Below are positions 36,152-45,264 of a stretch of 64,000 bases of DNA, in pieces. The notes under the pieces were generated by a model. The model saw only the letters and a program-made list of their open reading frames with translations. It did no database searches and was not told the origin of the DNA. Source of the stretch: an uncultured Candidatus Binatia bacterium (GTDB taxonomy: Bacteria > Desulfobacterota > Binatia > UBA9968 > JAJDTQ01); assembly GCA_965242525.1 (NCBI GenBank), contig OZ251459.1:1792001-1856000 (forward strand), given 5' to 3'. Position numbers and translations under genes: made by a program. The first letter of the stretch is position 1, and the number at the start of each line of letters is the position of its first letter.

Positions 36152-36199
36152 CAAACCGACCTCTATCGCCGGGGCTCGGACGCGTTTGTCCTCAAGCTC

Positions 36200-36694
36200 C
36201 TACCCTTGTGGTTCCGCCTCGGCTTGTCGCCGTTCCAGGTCGAGCAGGAACTCCTTGATGTGGAGGCCGCCGGCGTAGCCGGTGAGGGTTCCGTCTCCGC
36301 CGATGACCCGGTGGCAGGGAACGACGATGGAGATGGGGTTACGCCCGTTGGCCGCGCCCACCGCGCGCACCGCCTGCGGCTGCCCCATGGCCCGGGCCTG
36401 CTCGCCGTAGGAGCGGGTGGCGCCGTAGGGGATTTCCTGGAGCGCCCGCCACGCGCGTAGCTGGAACCGGGTGCCCGACGGGGCCAGAGGCAGGTCGAAG
36501 GCCCTCCGGCGGCCCTCGAAGTACTCGTCGAGCTGCTTCTTCGCCTCCTCCACCACCGCGCCGCCGCTCCGCCAGCCATCCTCCACCCCGGCGGACCGAC
36601 GCTCTCCCTTTCCGAAGCGGATCTCCCTGACGGCCTCGCCGTCCCCCACGATCAGCAGCTCGCCCACCGGACTCTCCATCGAAGCGTAATCCAT
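36200..36694 (-). CDS. ogt: Methylated-DNA--protein-cysteine methyltransferase
   Basis: [15 protein letters not shown] and PCHRVIG active site. Confidence 0.95.
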   Translation of the reverse strand: MDYASMESPVGELLIVGDGEAVREIRFGKGERRSAGVEDGWRSGGAVVEEAKKQLDEYFEGRRRAFDLPLAPSGTRFQLRAWRALQEIPYGATRSYGEQARAMGQPQAVRAVGAANGRNPISIVVPCHRVIGGDGTLTGYAGGLHIKEFLLDLERRQAEAEPQG

Positions 36695-36820
36695 GGGTTT
36701 TCCTTTCGTTCATGCCGGGGTTCGGAGCGGAAAAGCGACGCGCCCCGGCTTGGCGAAGGGGTCTATCACGTCGAACGACTCCCGACAATCTCCCTGCACC
36801 GGCCGCGGGGTCATGGGCTT

Positions 36821-37693
36821 GAGCTGGATGCGGCGTCCGCAGACCCGGTGGGTTTCATACGCGGGCTCGACAGGGTCGTGATCGACGAGATCCAGCGGGC
36901 GCCCGAGACCTGCGAGGCCGTCGTCGGGCACGAACTCATCGACCGGGTTGTCGCGGGCGGCTACCCTGAGGCCCTCGCTCGTTCACGGTGGAACCGCCGG
37001 CGGGACTGGTATCTCGACTACGTGGAGGCCATCGTCCAGCGGGACGTCCGCGACACCGCCCAATTCGAGAAGCTGCCCTCGATGCCCAAACTCCTGCGGG
37101 TCCTCGCCCAACACTCCGGACAGCTCGTGAACCATTCCGGTTTCGGCGCGCAACTGGGGATGAACCACCTCACCACGCGCAAGTACACCGGCGTCTTCGA
37201 AAGCCTGTATCTCCTGCGTTCCCTGCAACCCTGGTACAGCAACGCGCTCAAACGGCTCACCAAAACACCCAAGCTGCATTTCCTCGACTCGGGACTGCTC
37301 GCGGCATTGAGGGACGTTTCCCCGAACCGGCTGCGGAAAGACAGGGCCTTGTTGGGACCCTTGCTGGAAACCTTCGTCCTGGCCGAACTCCTGAAACTGG
37401 CGAGCTGGTCCCAGGACCGGTACGACTTCTCGCATTTCCGCGACAAGGAACGACACGAGGTCGATATCGTCATCGAGGACCGCCGCGGACGCGTGGTCGG
37501 AATCGAGGTCAAGGCCTCCGCCACCGTTTCCCCCCGGGACTTCGGAGGCCTGCGCCGCCTGTCCGACGCCTGCGGCGACAGGTTCGTACTGGGACTGGTG
37601 CTCCACGACCACGAGCGAGTCGTGCCTTTCGGAGAACGCCTGCTCGCGGCGCCGGTCTCGGCGCTGTGGTCCGGGCGCTCCACGTGGTCCTGA
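36821..37693 (+). pseudogene. Truncated AAA_14/DUF4143 ATP-binding protein
   Basis: Walker B IDEIQRAP joins almost directly to GGYPE. KTPKLHFLDSGL and EVD...IEVK are present. Walker A and the central region are missing. Confidence 0.7.
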
Positions 37694-37734
37694 CGGATAC
37701 TCCGCGCGGGTCCCGGACCCCGTGCCGAAGCCGT

Positions 37735-38358
37735 TCAGGCCCCCGATTCCGGGGCATCGAACACCGCGGACACGTCCGCGGTGAAACCTTCGAGGGATGG
37801 CGACGTGGCCGTGTCGCCGCGGGAGAAGACGCCGTGCTCCACGTAGGCGCCGCCCCGGAGCGCGAGCACCGTAACGGTCTCGTCCCGGGGGTCCACGATC
37901 CAGTACTCGGGAATGCCGCCTTCGGCGTAGTCGGCGCGTTTCTCCACCAGGTCCCGCTGCGGGTCGTCCGGGCTCACCACCTCGACCACCAAGTCGGCGC
38001 CGAGCCAGTAGCGGTCCTGGTAGCGGGGGTCCGATCGGTCGCGGAGCAACAGGATGTCCGGTTCCCGGAATTTGCCCTCGCGGATGCGCATCCGCAACGC
38101 GGAAACCATCACGACGCCGTGCGGCTTGAGGTGCTCGCGGAACAGGACGTAGAGGAACAGGAGGATAGCCTGGTGCGTGGACGTGGGCATGGGCAGTTCC
38201 TCGACCCGGCCGTCCGTGAACTCGACCAGGCGGCGGCTGTGGTCCGTGAGCCAAAGGTAGGCGTCGTCGGTCCAAGCGCCCTGCCGCGGAAGGAGGTCGC
38301 ACAGCAGGGCGTTCAGCGCCTCCTGCGAGTTCGGAACGTGTTCGGGCATCCGAGCCAT
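37735..38358 (-). CDS. Uma2 family endonuclease-fold protein
   Basis: EFTDG, REPDILL, ADLVVEVVSPD and YAEGGIPEYWIVDP. Confidence 0.9.
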   Translation of the reverse strand: MARMPEHVPNSQEALNALLCDLLPRQGAWTDDAYLWLTDHSRRLVEFTDGRVEELPMPTSTHQAILLFLYVLFREHLKPHGVVMVSALRMRIREGKFREPDILLLRDRSDPRYQDRYWLGADLVVEVVSPDDPQRDLVEKRADYAEGGIPEYWIVDPRDETVTVLALRGGAYVEHGVFSRGDTATSPSLEGFTADVSAVFDAPESGA

Positions 38359-38432
38359 GCGCCTATCCTACCATGTTGCCCAGGTCCGTCCCATGACCGG
38401 CATTCGGTCCTTCGCCCGGATCGGCTCCGCGC

Positions 38433-39647
38433 CTATTCCAGCACGCCCGCTTCCTTCCACTCCCGGATGGTGGCGTCGTCGTAACCCAGCACCTCGCGCA
38501 TGACCTGCTCGGTGTGCTTGCCCAACCCCGGGGTGATCGGTATGTCCTCGTCGGGCATGTCCTCGAAGAGCAGGCCGCCCCGGGGAACCTCGAAGGGGCC
38601 GATGGGAGAGTCGTCGTACTTCTGGAAATAGTCCCGGCCCCGGAGTTGCGGGTCCTTCAACAGATCAGCGCCGTTCTGCACCACTCCCGCGGCGACCCCG
38701 GCCGCTTGCAGGCCGTGGGCCACGTCCTCCGCGGTCCGGGCGGCCATCCACTCGGCCATGAGGTCGTCGAGGGCCTCCCCGTTGCGCCGCCGGGCGAGGC
38801 AGGTGGCGAAGCGGCGGTCGTCGGCCAACTCCTCGTTTCCCATGAAGCGGCACAGGCGCCGCCACTGGTCGTCGTTCGTCACCGAGACCACGCACCACCT
38901 TTCTTCGCCCTGGCAGCGGTAACAGCCATGGGGCGCCGCGGTGGGGCTGCGGTTCCCCTGGGGCTCGGGATCTACTCCGTTGATGCTCGATTCCAGGTAG
39001 CTGACCCCCAGCGTATAGGCGGTGACCTCGCCCTGGGACACGTCGATGGACGCGCCCTTGCCGGTGAGCCGCTGGCGCAGCAGCGCGGCCATCATGACGG
39101 TGGGCGCGGTGATGAAGCCCAGGTGGTCCGGATAGACGCCCTGGCTGCCGATGGGGCGTTCCTGTCCGGGGTGGTTCCACAGGTAGGTCATGCCGCTGAA
39201 GGCGTTGAGGTTGAAGCCCCAGGTGCCGAACCAGTTCTTCGGTCCGGTCTCGCCGAGTCCCGGCAACTTGAGGATGACGAGGGAGGGGTTGACCTTCCTG
39301 AGCTCGTCGTCGCCGAGTCCCAGCCGCGCGAGCACGTGGGGCCGGAAGTTCACCAGCACGGCGTTGGACTTGGCGGCGAGCTCCCGGATGACCCTCTTGC
39401 CCAGGTCGTGCTTGATGTTGACGGTGACGGAGCGTATGGCGAGGTTGCATTCGATGAAGCGCGGCGCGGCGTTGACGTCGTTGTGCTGGCCGTAGTGCCG
39501 GAAGGTGTCGAGGCCGCCCGGGCAGGACTCCACCTTGATGACCTCCGCGCCGTACTGGGCCAGCAGCCGGGCGGCGTAGGGACCCGCGTAACCGGTGGTG
39601 AAGGAGATGATCCGAACGCCTTCGAGTATCCTGTTGGGACTTGCCAT
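38433..39647 (-). CDS. CoA-transferase family III (CaiB/BaiF), Asp-containing subunit
   Basis: AGPYAARLLAQYGAEVIKVE, NFRP, YPDH and APHGCYRC. Confidence 0.9.
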   Translation of the reverse strand: MASPNRILEGVRIISFTTGYAGPYAARLLAQYGAEVIKVESCPGGLDTFRHYGQHNDVNAAPRFIECNLAIRSVTVNIKHDLGKRVIRELAAKSNAVLVNFRPHVLARLGLGDDELRKVNPSLVILKLPGLGETGPKNWFGTWGFNLNAFSGMTYLWNHPGQERPIGSQGVYPDHLGFITAPTVMMAALLRQRLTGKGASIDVSQGEVTAYTLGVSYLESSINGVDPEPQGNRSPTAAPHGCYRCQGEERWCVVSVTNDDQWRRLCRFMGNEELADDRRFATCLARRRNGEALDDLMAEWMAARTAEDVAHGLQAAGVAAGVVQNGADLLKDPQLRGRDYFQKYDDSPIGPFEVPRGGLLFEDMPDEDIPITPGLGKHTEQVMREVLGYDDATIREWKEAGVLE

Positions 39648-39727
39648 GACGACTCCCGGGGTCCGTTGCAACGGATGCGGACCCGTTTACCGGACCTTCG
39701 CGCGGGGCGGCGGAACGCGCGCCGCGG

Positions 39728-40924
39728 TCACAGGACCCCTTCCGCGGACAACACCCCCAGGTCCTCCTCGCTCAACCCGAGCTCGCCGCCCAGGATCTCC
39801 CCGTTGTGCTGGCCCAGCATGGGCGCCGGCCGGGGGCCAGAGCGCGCGCCGTCCAGCAGGAAAGGCGCGCCCGGCTGGGAGAACACGCCCAGGACGGGGT
39901 GCGAGACCGTGCCGAAGAAGCCCCGCTCCACGATGTGCGGGTCCTCCATGAAATCCCTCGGCGAGTTCACCGGCAACGCGGGCAGGCCATGCTTCTGCAA
40001 GAGCAGCGACAACTCTTCCTTCTCGTACCGGGAGGTGAACGACGCCACCATGGGGTTGATCCAGTCCGCGGCCGCGCGCCGTTTGGTGTTGATGCGCAAC
40101 TCCGGGTCGTCCAGCTCGGGCGGGTGTCCCTCCCACATGTCGAGGAAGATGGGCCAGTGCCGCTGGGTGGCGAAGAACGAGATCCAGCCGTCCTTGCACG
40201 GGAACAGGTTCGCCGGAGCCACGTGCTGGTGCTGGCTGCCGGCCCGCTTCATGAGCCGCCCTTCGGCCGAGTAGGTGAACGCCACGTGCTCGTGGAGCGC
40301 CATGCTGGCCTGCACCGACGCGTCGATGTGCGCTCCCAGCCCCCTGGTCTCGCGTTGCCACAGGGCCAGGAGCGCGCCGAACGCGGCGTAGAGGGAGGTG
40401 TAAACGTAGGACTGGCCGCCCGGGGGCACACAGGGCGCAAGGTTCGGGTCGCCGCTGATGAACAGCAGGCCGCCCATGGCGTTGGCGACCAGGTCCGGGG
40501 CCAGGTAGTCGCGGTAGGGGCCGTCCCGCCCGAAGCCCGAGATGGACACCAGCACGAGCCGGGGGCGGCGCGCCACCAGCTCGCCGTAGCCGAGCCCCAC
40601 TCCCTCCAGGTAGCCGGGGTCGTGGCTGTCCACCACCACGTCCGCCTTCTCCACCAACCCCAGCAGGAGGTCTCGGCCCGCCTGCCGGGACAGGTCCAGC
40701 GTGACGCCGCGCTTGCCGGAGTTGAAGTAGGCGAACCGGAGGCTGCCCTCCCGGTGGTTCCGTCCTCCGGCAAAGGGCGGTTCGCTCCTCAAGTCCTCGC
40801 CTGCGGGCGGCTCCACCTTGACCACGTCCATGCCCAGGTCCGCCAGCACCTTGCCGCAGAAGGCCCCCATGGAGGAGCTCAGGTCCAGCACCCTGAACCC
40901 CGAAAGCAGGGTCTCGCCGCTCAT
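39728..40924 (-). CDS. CoA-transferase family III (CaiB/BaiF), second subunit
   Basis: RVLDLS, LADLGMDVVKVEPP, NSGKRGVTLDL and SISGFGRDGPY. Confidence 0.9.
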   Translation of the reverse strand: MSGETLLSGFRVLDLSSSMGAFCGKVLADLGMDVVKVEPPAGEDLRSEPPFAGGRNHREGSLRFAYFNSGKRGVTLDLSRQAGRDLLLGLVEKADVVVDSHDPGYLEGVGLGYGELVARRPRLVLVSISGFGRDGPYRDYLAPDLVANAMGGLLFISGDPNLAPCVPPGGQSYVYTSLYAAFGALLALWQRETRGLGAHIDASVQASMALHEHVAFTYSAEGRLMKRAGSQHQHVAPANLFPCKDGWISFFATQRHWPIFLDMWEGHPPELDDPELRINTKRRAAADWINPMVASFTSRYEKEELSLLLQKHGLPALPVNSPRDFMEDPHIVERGFFGTVSHPVLGVFSQPGAPFLLDGARSGPRPAPMLGQHNGEILGGELGLSEEDLGVLSAEGVL

Positions 40925-42093
40925 TTCCGGTTCTTGGCGCGGGCGCGCAGGAGGTTCTGGGCCAGCCGCCAGCGCAGCACCTCGGTGGCGCCCTCGGTGA
41001 TGCGGATGCTGCGCATCTGCCGGTACCACCATTCCAGCGGCAGTTCCTTGGTGAGGCCGATGCCGCCGTGGACCTGGATGGAGCGGTCCACCACCCGGCT
41101 CGCCATCTCCGTGCACACGCACTTGACCATGTATGCCAGGTTGCGCACGTCCTCGCCCCTGTCGTGGCGCCAAGCGCATTCATAGACCAGGTTGCGCGCC
41201 ATGTGCAGCTCCATGACGGAGTCGGCGATCATGAACTGGACGGCCTGCCTTTCCGCCAGCGGCTGGCCGAAAGTGGTGCGGACCTGCGAGTAGTCCATCA
41301 TCATGTCCAGGGACCGTTCCGCGATGCCCAGGCAGCGCGCCCCGTGGCCCTTGACGCGCCCCTCCTGGAGCCACGTCTGGGCCAGCCGGAACCCCTGCCC
41401 CACCTCCCCCACCACGTTGGCCGCGGGCACCCGTGCGTCCTCGAAGAGGATCTGGAAAGGCGCGTCGCCCATCATGGTGGGCCAGCGGCGCTCGATGGTC
41501 ACCCCGGGGGTGTCCATGTCCACGAGGAAGCAGGTGATGCCGCCCCGGGCGCGCTTCTCGGGGTCCGTCACCGCCATGACCTGGGCGAAGTCCGAGAAGC
41601 CTGCGCCGGTGATGAAGCGTTTGGTCCCGTTCAGCACGTAGTGGTCGCCGTCGAGCACCGCGCGGGTCTTCATGCCCGCGGGGTCGCCGCCGGCGTCGGG
41701 TTCGGTCTGGGCGAAACACGCGGTCTTCTCGCCGCGGATGACCGGGTACAGGTAGCGCTCCTTCTGCTCGTCGTTGCACTCGAACAGGACCGCGCGCACG
41801 TCCGGGCCGAAGATCGGGTTGTTGCGGAAGGGGATGGCGACGCTCCGGGAGACCTCCTCCTGGATGACGCAGCGGGTCAGCAGGTCGAGCGCGGCGCCGC
41901 CGTATTCCTCGGGCACGTCGAGCATCCAGAACCCCATGGCCCGGGTCTTCTCCTGGAGCGGCTTGTACAACTCTTCGGGCATCTCTTCGCCCTCGGGGCG
42001 GTAGTCCCGCTCCAGCGGGATCAACTCCCGGTCCACGAAGTCGCGCATGGTGTTCTTGACGATCCTGACCTCTTCGGGAAGTTCGAAATCCAT
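40921..42093 (-). CDS. Acyl-CoA dehydrogenase
   Basis: FAQTEPDAGGD, LNGTKRFIT, RTTFGQPL, QVHGGIG and RITEGATEV. Confidence 0.95.
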   Translation of the reverse strand: MDFELPEEVRIVKNTMRDFVDRELIPLERDYRPEGEEMPEELYKPLQEKTRAMGFWMLDVPEEYGGAALDLLTRCVIQEEVSRSVAIPFRNNPIFGPDVRAVLFECNDEQKERYLYPVIRGEKTACFAQTEPDAGGDPAGMKTRAVLDGDHYVLNGTKRFITGAGFSDFAQVMAVTDPEKRARGGITCFLVDMDTPGVTIERRWPTMMGDAPFQILFEDARVPAANVVGEVGQGFRLAQTWLQEGRVKGHGARCLGIAERSLDMMMDYSQVRTTFGQPLAERQAVQFMIADSVMELHMARNLVYECAWRHDRGEDVRNLAYMVKCVCTEMASRVVDRSIQVHGGIGLTKELPLEWWYRQMRSIRITEGATEVLRWRLAQNLLRARAKNRK

Positions 42094-42303
42094 TCCTGCC
42101 CTCCTTGTCTCGCAGCCTGCGCCCGCCCCGTCCCGGTCCGCGAATCCCCTGCGGCGCCGCGGGACCCCGCAAGGGAACGCCGCAAAAGCGGCCATCGGCG
42201 CCCGGCCCCGGATGTTCGCACGTAACACCCCGTCGAACGGCAAGTCAAGCCCGCGGCTTCCGTGCGGACGGGAGGGCAAACTTCAGCGTTGCGGAGAATC
42301 CGA

Positions 42304-42329
42304 TCCCCTCCCCTTCGAGGGGGAGGGGA
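42304..42329. repeat. GC-rich intergenic hairpin (REP-like or terminator-like)
   Basis: TCCCCTCCCCT-TCGA-GGGGGAGGGGA, downstream of the lipoprotein stop codon. Confidence 0.45.
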
Positions 42330-42389
42330 CGCCAAGCCGTGGGACTCCGCCCGGGGGAAAGCCGGAAGGGCCGGGAAGGGCGAGGGGTT

Positions 42390-44261
42390 TTATTGGCTTT
42401 CGGCGCCGTATGCGCCGACGATGTGGAGGGCGTCGTTGTTGGAACCGGCGGTGGAGGCGGTGAAAGTCCCCACGGCGTAGTCTGCGTCGCCGCCGGACCG
42501 GTTCCGGAAGAACTGGACTCCCCACTGTCCGGACAGACTCTGGCCGTCCGCTGAACCGCCGGTACCGCCGTAGAAGAGATCGTCCGTCATGGGTTCGCTC
42601 GCGGGTTCGTTCGTGGAAGACAATCCGGCATTGAGGTCCACCGTCCATTCACCGAGGGGTTCGCCGTTCTCCCTGAAATTGGTGACGCTTCCGGCAAACT
42701 GGGCTCCCGTGAAGTTGCCGGCGCCGCCGAAGTTCGCGTTGATGGTGGCCGTTGCGGTGAAGGAACCGACCTTTGCGCTTCGGAGCTTGCGTGAAAGGAG
42801 CGAGCCGCGGTAGGCGGCCTTCGAGTAGAGGCCGGTCGCCGGCCCTTCGTACGTGGCCGTGCCGGAGAGGGCCTGGAGGTTGGTGTTGGTGAGCGCAGTC
42901 GCTGCATGGCCCTGGGCAAAGACCCCCAGGTTGTACTGCCAGTTAGGGGCGTTGCGGTCCTTGGGCAGCACCAGCCATGCTCCGAGGGTCAGGTAGTATT
43001 CGTCCGCGCTTCCCCCTTCGGGCTGTTGCTCGATGTTCGAGTAGAGGACGGCATGCACGGTATGTGGCGGGGTAGTCCTTCCGCTAATCATGGTTCTGCC
43101 CAGCGCCACGCCGTTCCAACCGGTTCCGAGGCTGGGGATGGCACTGTCTTCGTCAACCGAGAAGTCGCTGCCTTCCGCGCCGCCGCCCGTGCCTGCCACG
43201 GCCAACTCCAAGGTGGGCGCGTCGTCGCTGCTGGCCCAGGTTGCGGTGGGCGTCACCGTGCGGCTGGGCTCCCCCAGGTAGTTCTTGGAGTTCTGCACGA
43301 TGGCCCCGGCCCTTTTGACCCGCCCCCCCACGTCGCTTCGGAGCAGGGCGTTGGGGGTGTCGAAGGCGGCTAGCAGCAGCCTCCCCTGGAGGCCCTTCGC
43401 ATGGGCTCCGTTGGAAGTCCCGGCAGGGCCGTTGTTGGCCTGCCAGACCATCTCGTTGCTCGCGGTCACCACGACGGAGGTCATGCCGCCCGTGGATTCG
43501 GCGGCGCCGTACTCGTAGGTGACCACGCAGTCCTGGCCGTCAGCCGGGCATGCGAGGACATGGCTCCTGCCCCTGGAATAGCCTATCTCCCGGCTCTCAC
43601 CCGCAGGGATCGTCGTACTCTCGGCCAGGGTATGACCGCTCGGCAGGTACAGGGTGGTGTATGTCACTACCCGGAGCGCACCGCCCGTGGATTCGGCGGC
43701 GCCGCCTGCCGCAACGGTGAGGACGCAGTCTTCGCCGTCAGCGGGGCAGGTGACCACCGTCCTCGTGTCGAAGTCGCTGTGAACCAGTCGGCTCTGACCG
43801 GCCAGGATCGTGCCCGGTTCCAGCGTACTACCCTCAGGCAGTCCCGTTATGGGGGTGTATGTCGCCAACGTGGGGGTACCGCCCGAGGATTGGGCCGTGC
43901 CGTCCGCGGCAACGGTGAGGACGCAGTCTTCGCCACCGGCCGGGCAGGAAGCGACGATCTTCTTGCCATCTTCCTCCCCAACTTGTCGGCTTTCGCCCGC
44001 AGGGATCGTGGTGTCGCCCGGCGTGAGTGTACGATCCTCAGGCAATCCCGTTACGGGAATTGGGGAGGGGGGGGGGGGGGGGGGGGGGACAGTCGTCTTG
44101 CCGCCGCCGCCGCAGCCGGCCAGGGCCGCGCTCACCAGAACGGTTGCCAGGACGAATGGAAGGGAGTGCGGCACTCCCCATCCCGTCATTCCCGCGAAAG
44201 CGGGAATCCGCTTTCCCTCCTGCCTTGCCCGCTTGAAAGCGTGGAGAGCCGGATTTGTCAT
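42390..44261 (-). CDS. Surface lipoprotein with Cys-pair repeats and a C-terminal TbpB-like beta-barrel
   Basis: AGGAGG RBS, lipobox LAGC-GGGG, poly-Pro linker and three CPAxGxDCV repeats. C-terminus reads GTATYEGPATG...GQWGVQFF...AVGTF...GAYGA. Confidence 0.72.
   Translation of the reverse strand: MTNPALHAFKRARQEGKRIPAFAGMTGWGVPHSLPFVLATVLVSAALAGCGGGGKTTVPPPPPPPSPIPVTGLPEDRTLTPGDTTIPAGESRQVGEEDGKKIVASCPAGGEDCVLTVAADGTAQSSGGTPTLATYTPITGLPEGSTLEPGTILAGQSRLVHSDFDTRTVVTCPADGEDCVLTVAAGGAAESTGGALRVVTYTTLYLPSGHTLAESTTIPAGESREIGYSRGRSHVLACPADGQDCVVTYEYGAAESTGGMTSVVVTASNEMVWQANNGPAGTSNGAHAKGLQGRLLLAAFDTPNALLRSDVGGRVKRAGAIVQNSKNYLGEPSRTVTPTATWASSDDAPTLELAVAGTGGGAEGSDFSVDEDSAIPSLGTGWNGVALGRTMISGRTTPPHTVHAVLYSNIEQQPEGGSADEYYLTLGAWLVLPKDRNAPNWQYNLGVFAQGHAATALTNTNLQALSGTATYEGPATGLYSKAAYRGSLLSRKLRSAKVGSFTATATINANFGGAGNFTGAQFAGSVTNFRENGEPLGEWTVDLNAGLSSTNEPASEPMTDDLFYGGTGGSADGQSLSGQWGVQFFRNRSGGDADYAVGTFTASTAGSNNDALHIVGAYGAESQ
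43465..44058 (-). repeat. Three tandem ~66-aa coding repeats
   Basis: LPxxxTLxxxTIxAGxSR...CPAxGxDCVxT...GxAxSxGG occurs three times. Boundaries are approximate. Confidence 0.85.
44067..44088. repeat. G22/C22 homopolymer inside the lipoprotein CDS
   Basis: 22 consecutive G on +, encoding poly-Pro just after the lipobox. Confidence 0.9.
44184..44209 (+). repeat. REP-like palindrome, copy 2, inside the lipoprotein signal region
   Basis: CGTCATTCCCGCGAAAGCGGGAATCC, read as IPAFAGMT on the minus strand. Confidence 0.85.
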
Positions 44262-44387
44262 GTGAAGTTTCCTCCTGGGTCCATACGGAGCGCCCGGGGT
44301 GAAAAGGGGTCGAACCCTTCCCAACCCATCGAGAATAGGAAGCGACGTTCCGGCGTGCCGACAAGCTGACCGCTGTTTCCGGTAGAG

Positions 44388-44430
44388 AGGGACGCGCTCA
44401 TGCCCCTTATCCCGATCGTTCAAGGGTTCC
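44388..44430 (+). mobile_element. MITE right-end fragment
   Basis: GGACGCGCTCATGCCCCTTATCCCGATCGTTCAAGGGTTCC resembles 59790-59830. Confidence 0.55.
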
Positions 44431-44493
44431 TTGATTTCGGGTTGTTCGTGAGCGGCGTAGTTGTCGGCGGTCACAGGGCCGCCGACGCGACAT

Positions 44494-44514
44494 GGGGGGG
44501 GGGGGGGGGGGGGG
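44494..44514. repeat. G21/C21 homopolymer upstream of the lipoprotein gene
   Basis: 21 consecutive G, intergenic. Confidence 0.9.
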
Positions 44515-44593
44515 CATTCTCTTGGCGATGGCAGCGATGGGTTTGCCCTGAATGCAGCATGGCCGGACTCCTTTTGCTACTCGATCATGTTCA

Positions 44594-44722
44594 GGAACAT
44601 CGGAACGGTCGAGACATCCGGGATGGGTTCCCTCACCCTGACCCCATCTCCGTTCGTCCTGAGCGTAGCGAAGCGGAGTCGAAGGGCGCACTCATCCCTC
44701 TGCCCAATTGTCCAGTGTCTCC
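44594..44722 (+). mobile_element. Degenerate full-length MITE copy
   Basis: Shares TCGAGACATCCGGGATGG, TTCCCTCACCCTGAC and CCGTTCGTCCTGAGCGTAGCGAAGCGGAGTCGAAGG with 59690-59830. Ends are decayed. Confidence 0.7.
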
Positions 44723-44798
44723 TTTATATCATCTTTCCGCGGGATTGACACCCCCAAGCCCCTCGCCTCTGGCGGTGGATCCGGGAAGAGCCGCGCCG

Positions 44799-44827
44799 TT
44801 GACAACCCGGCGCATGGCGGTTAAGTT
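44799..44827 (+). promoter_or_regulatory. Sigma70 promoter
   Basis: TTGACA-N17-TAAGTT, 30 nt upstream of the zinc-ribbon gene. Confidence 0.6.
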
Positions 44828-44857
44828 GGGGGCAGCTTACCCGTGCGAGGCACGCAT

Positions 44858-45172
44858 ATGCCCATCTACGAGTACAAGTGCGCGGAATGCGGCGTTTTCG
44901 AGGCGACCCAGAGGATCACCGAGGATCCGCTGGAGGAGTGTCCCACGTGCCAGGGCAAGGTCCGGAAGCTCATCTCGAACACGTCGTTCCAACTCAAGGG
45001 CTCCGGTTGGTACGTCACCGATTACGGACGGGGCAAGGGTTCCAACGGAGACAAGGGAGAGGGCGCCGCCAGCGAAGGCAAGGACTCCTCCGACTCGGCA
45101 TCATCGACGGGCGGCAAAACCTCCGAAAAGTCATCCTCCGGTGACGGCGCCGCGGCCAACGCATCCCAATAG
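44858..45172 (+). CDS. FmdB-family zinc-ribbon protein
   Basis: [12 protein letters not shown]...CPTCQG...[13 protein letters not shown] with a low-complexity tail. Confidence 0.92.
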   Translation: MPIYEYKCAECGVFEATQRITEDPLEECPTCQGKVRKLISNTSFQLKGSGWYVTDYGRGKGSNGDKGEGAASEGKDSSDSASSTGGKTSEKSSSGDGAAANASQ

Positions 45173-45264
45173 ACGCCCGCGCGCCTCGGACCGTCCCCGG
45201 GCATACGCGGGAGGCGTCGAGGCGTGAGCCACCGTTCAGTGCGTCGAGCCGCGGCAGGCGCCCC

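Noticed and set aside
44297-44327. GGGTTCGACCC T-arm-like sequence on the minus strand
   Set aside because: It forms a single hairpin with no D-arm or anticodon arm, so it is not a tRNA. It may be a 5'-UTR stem.
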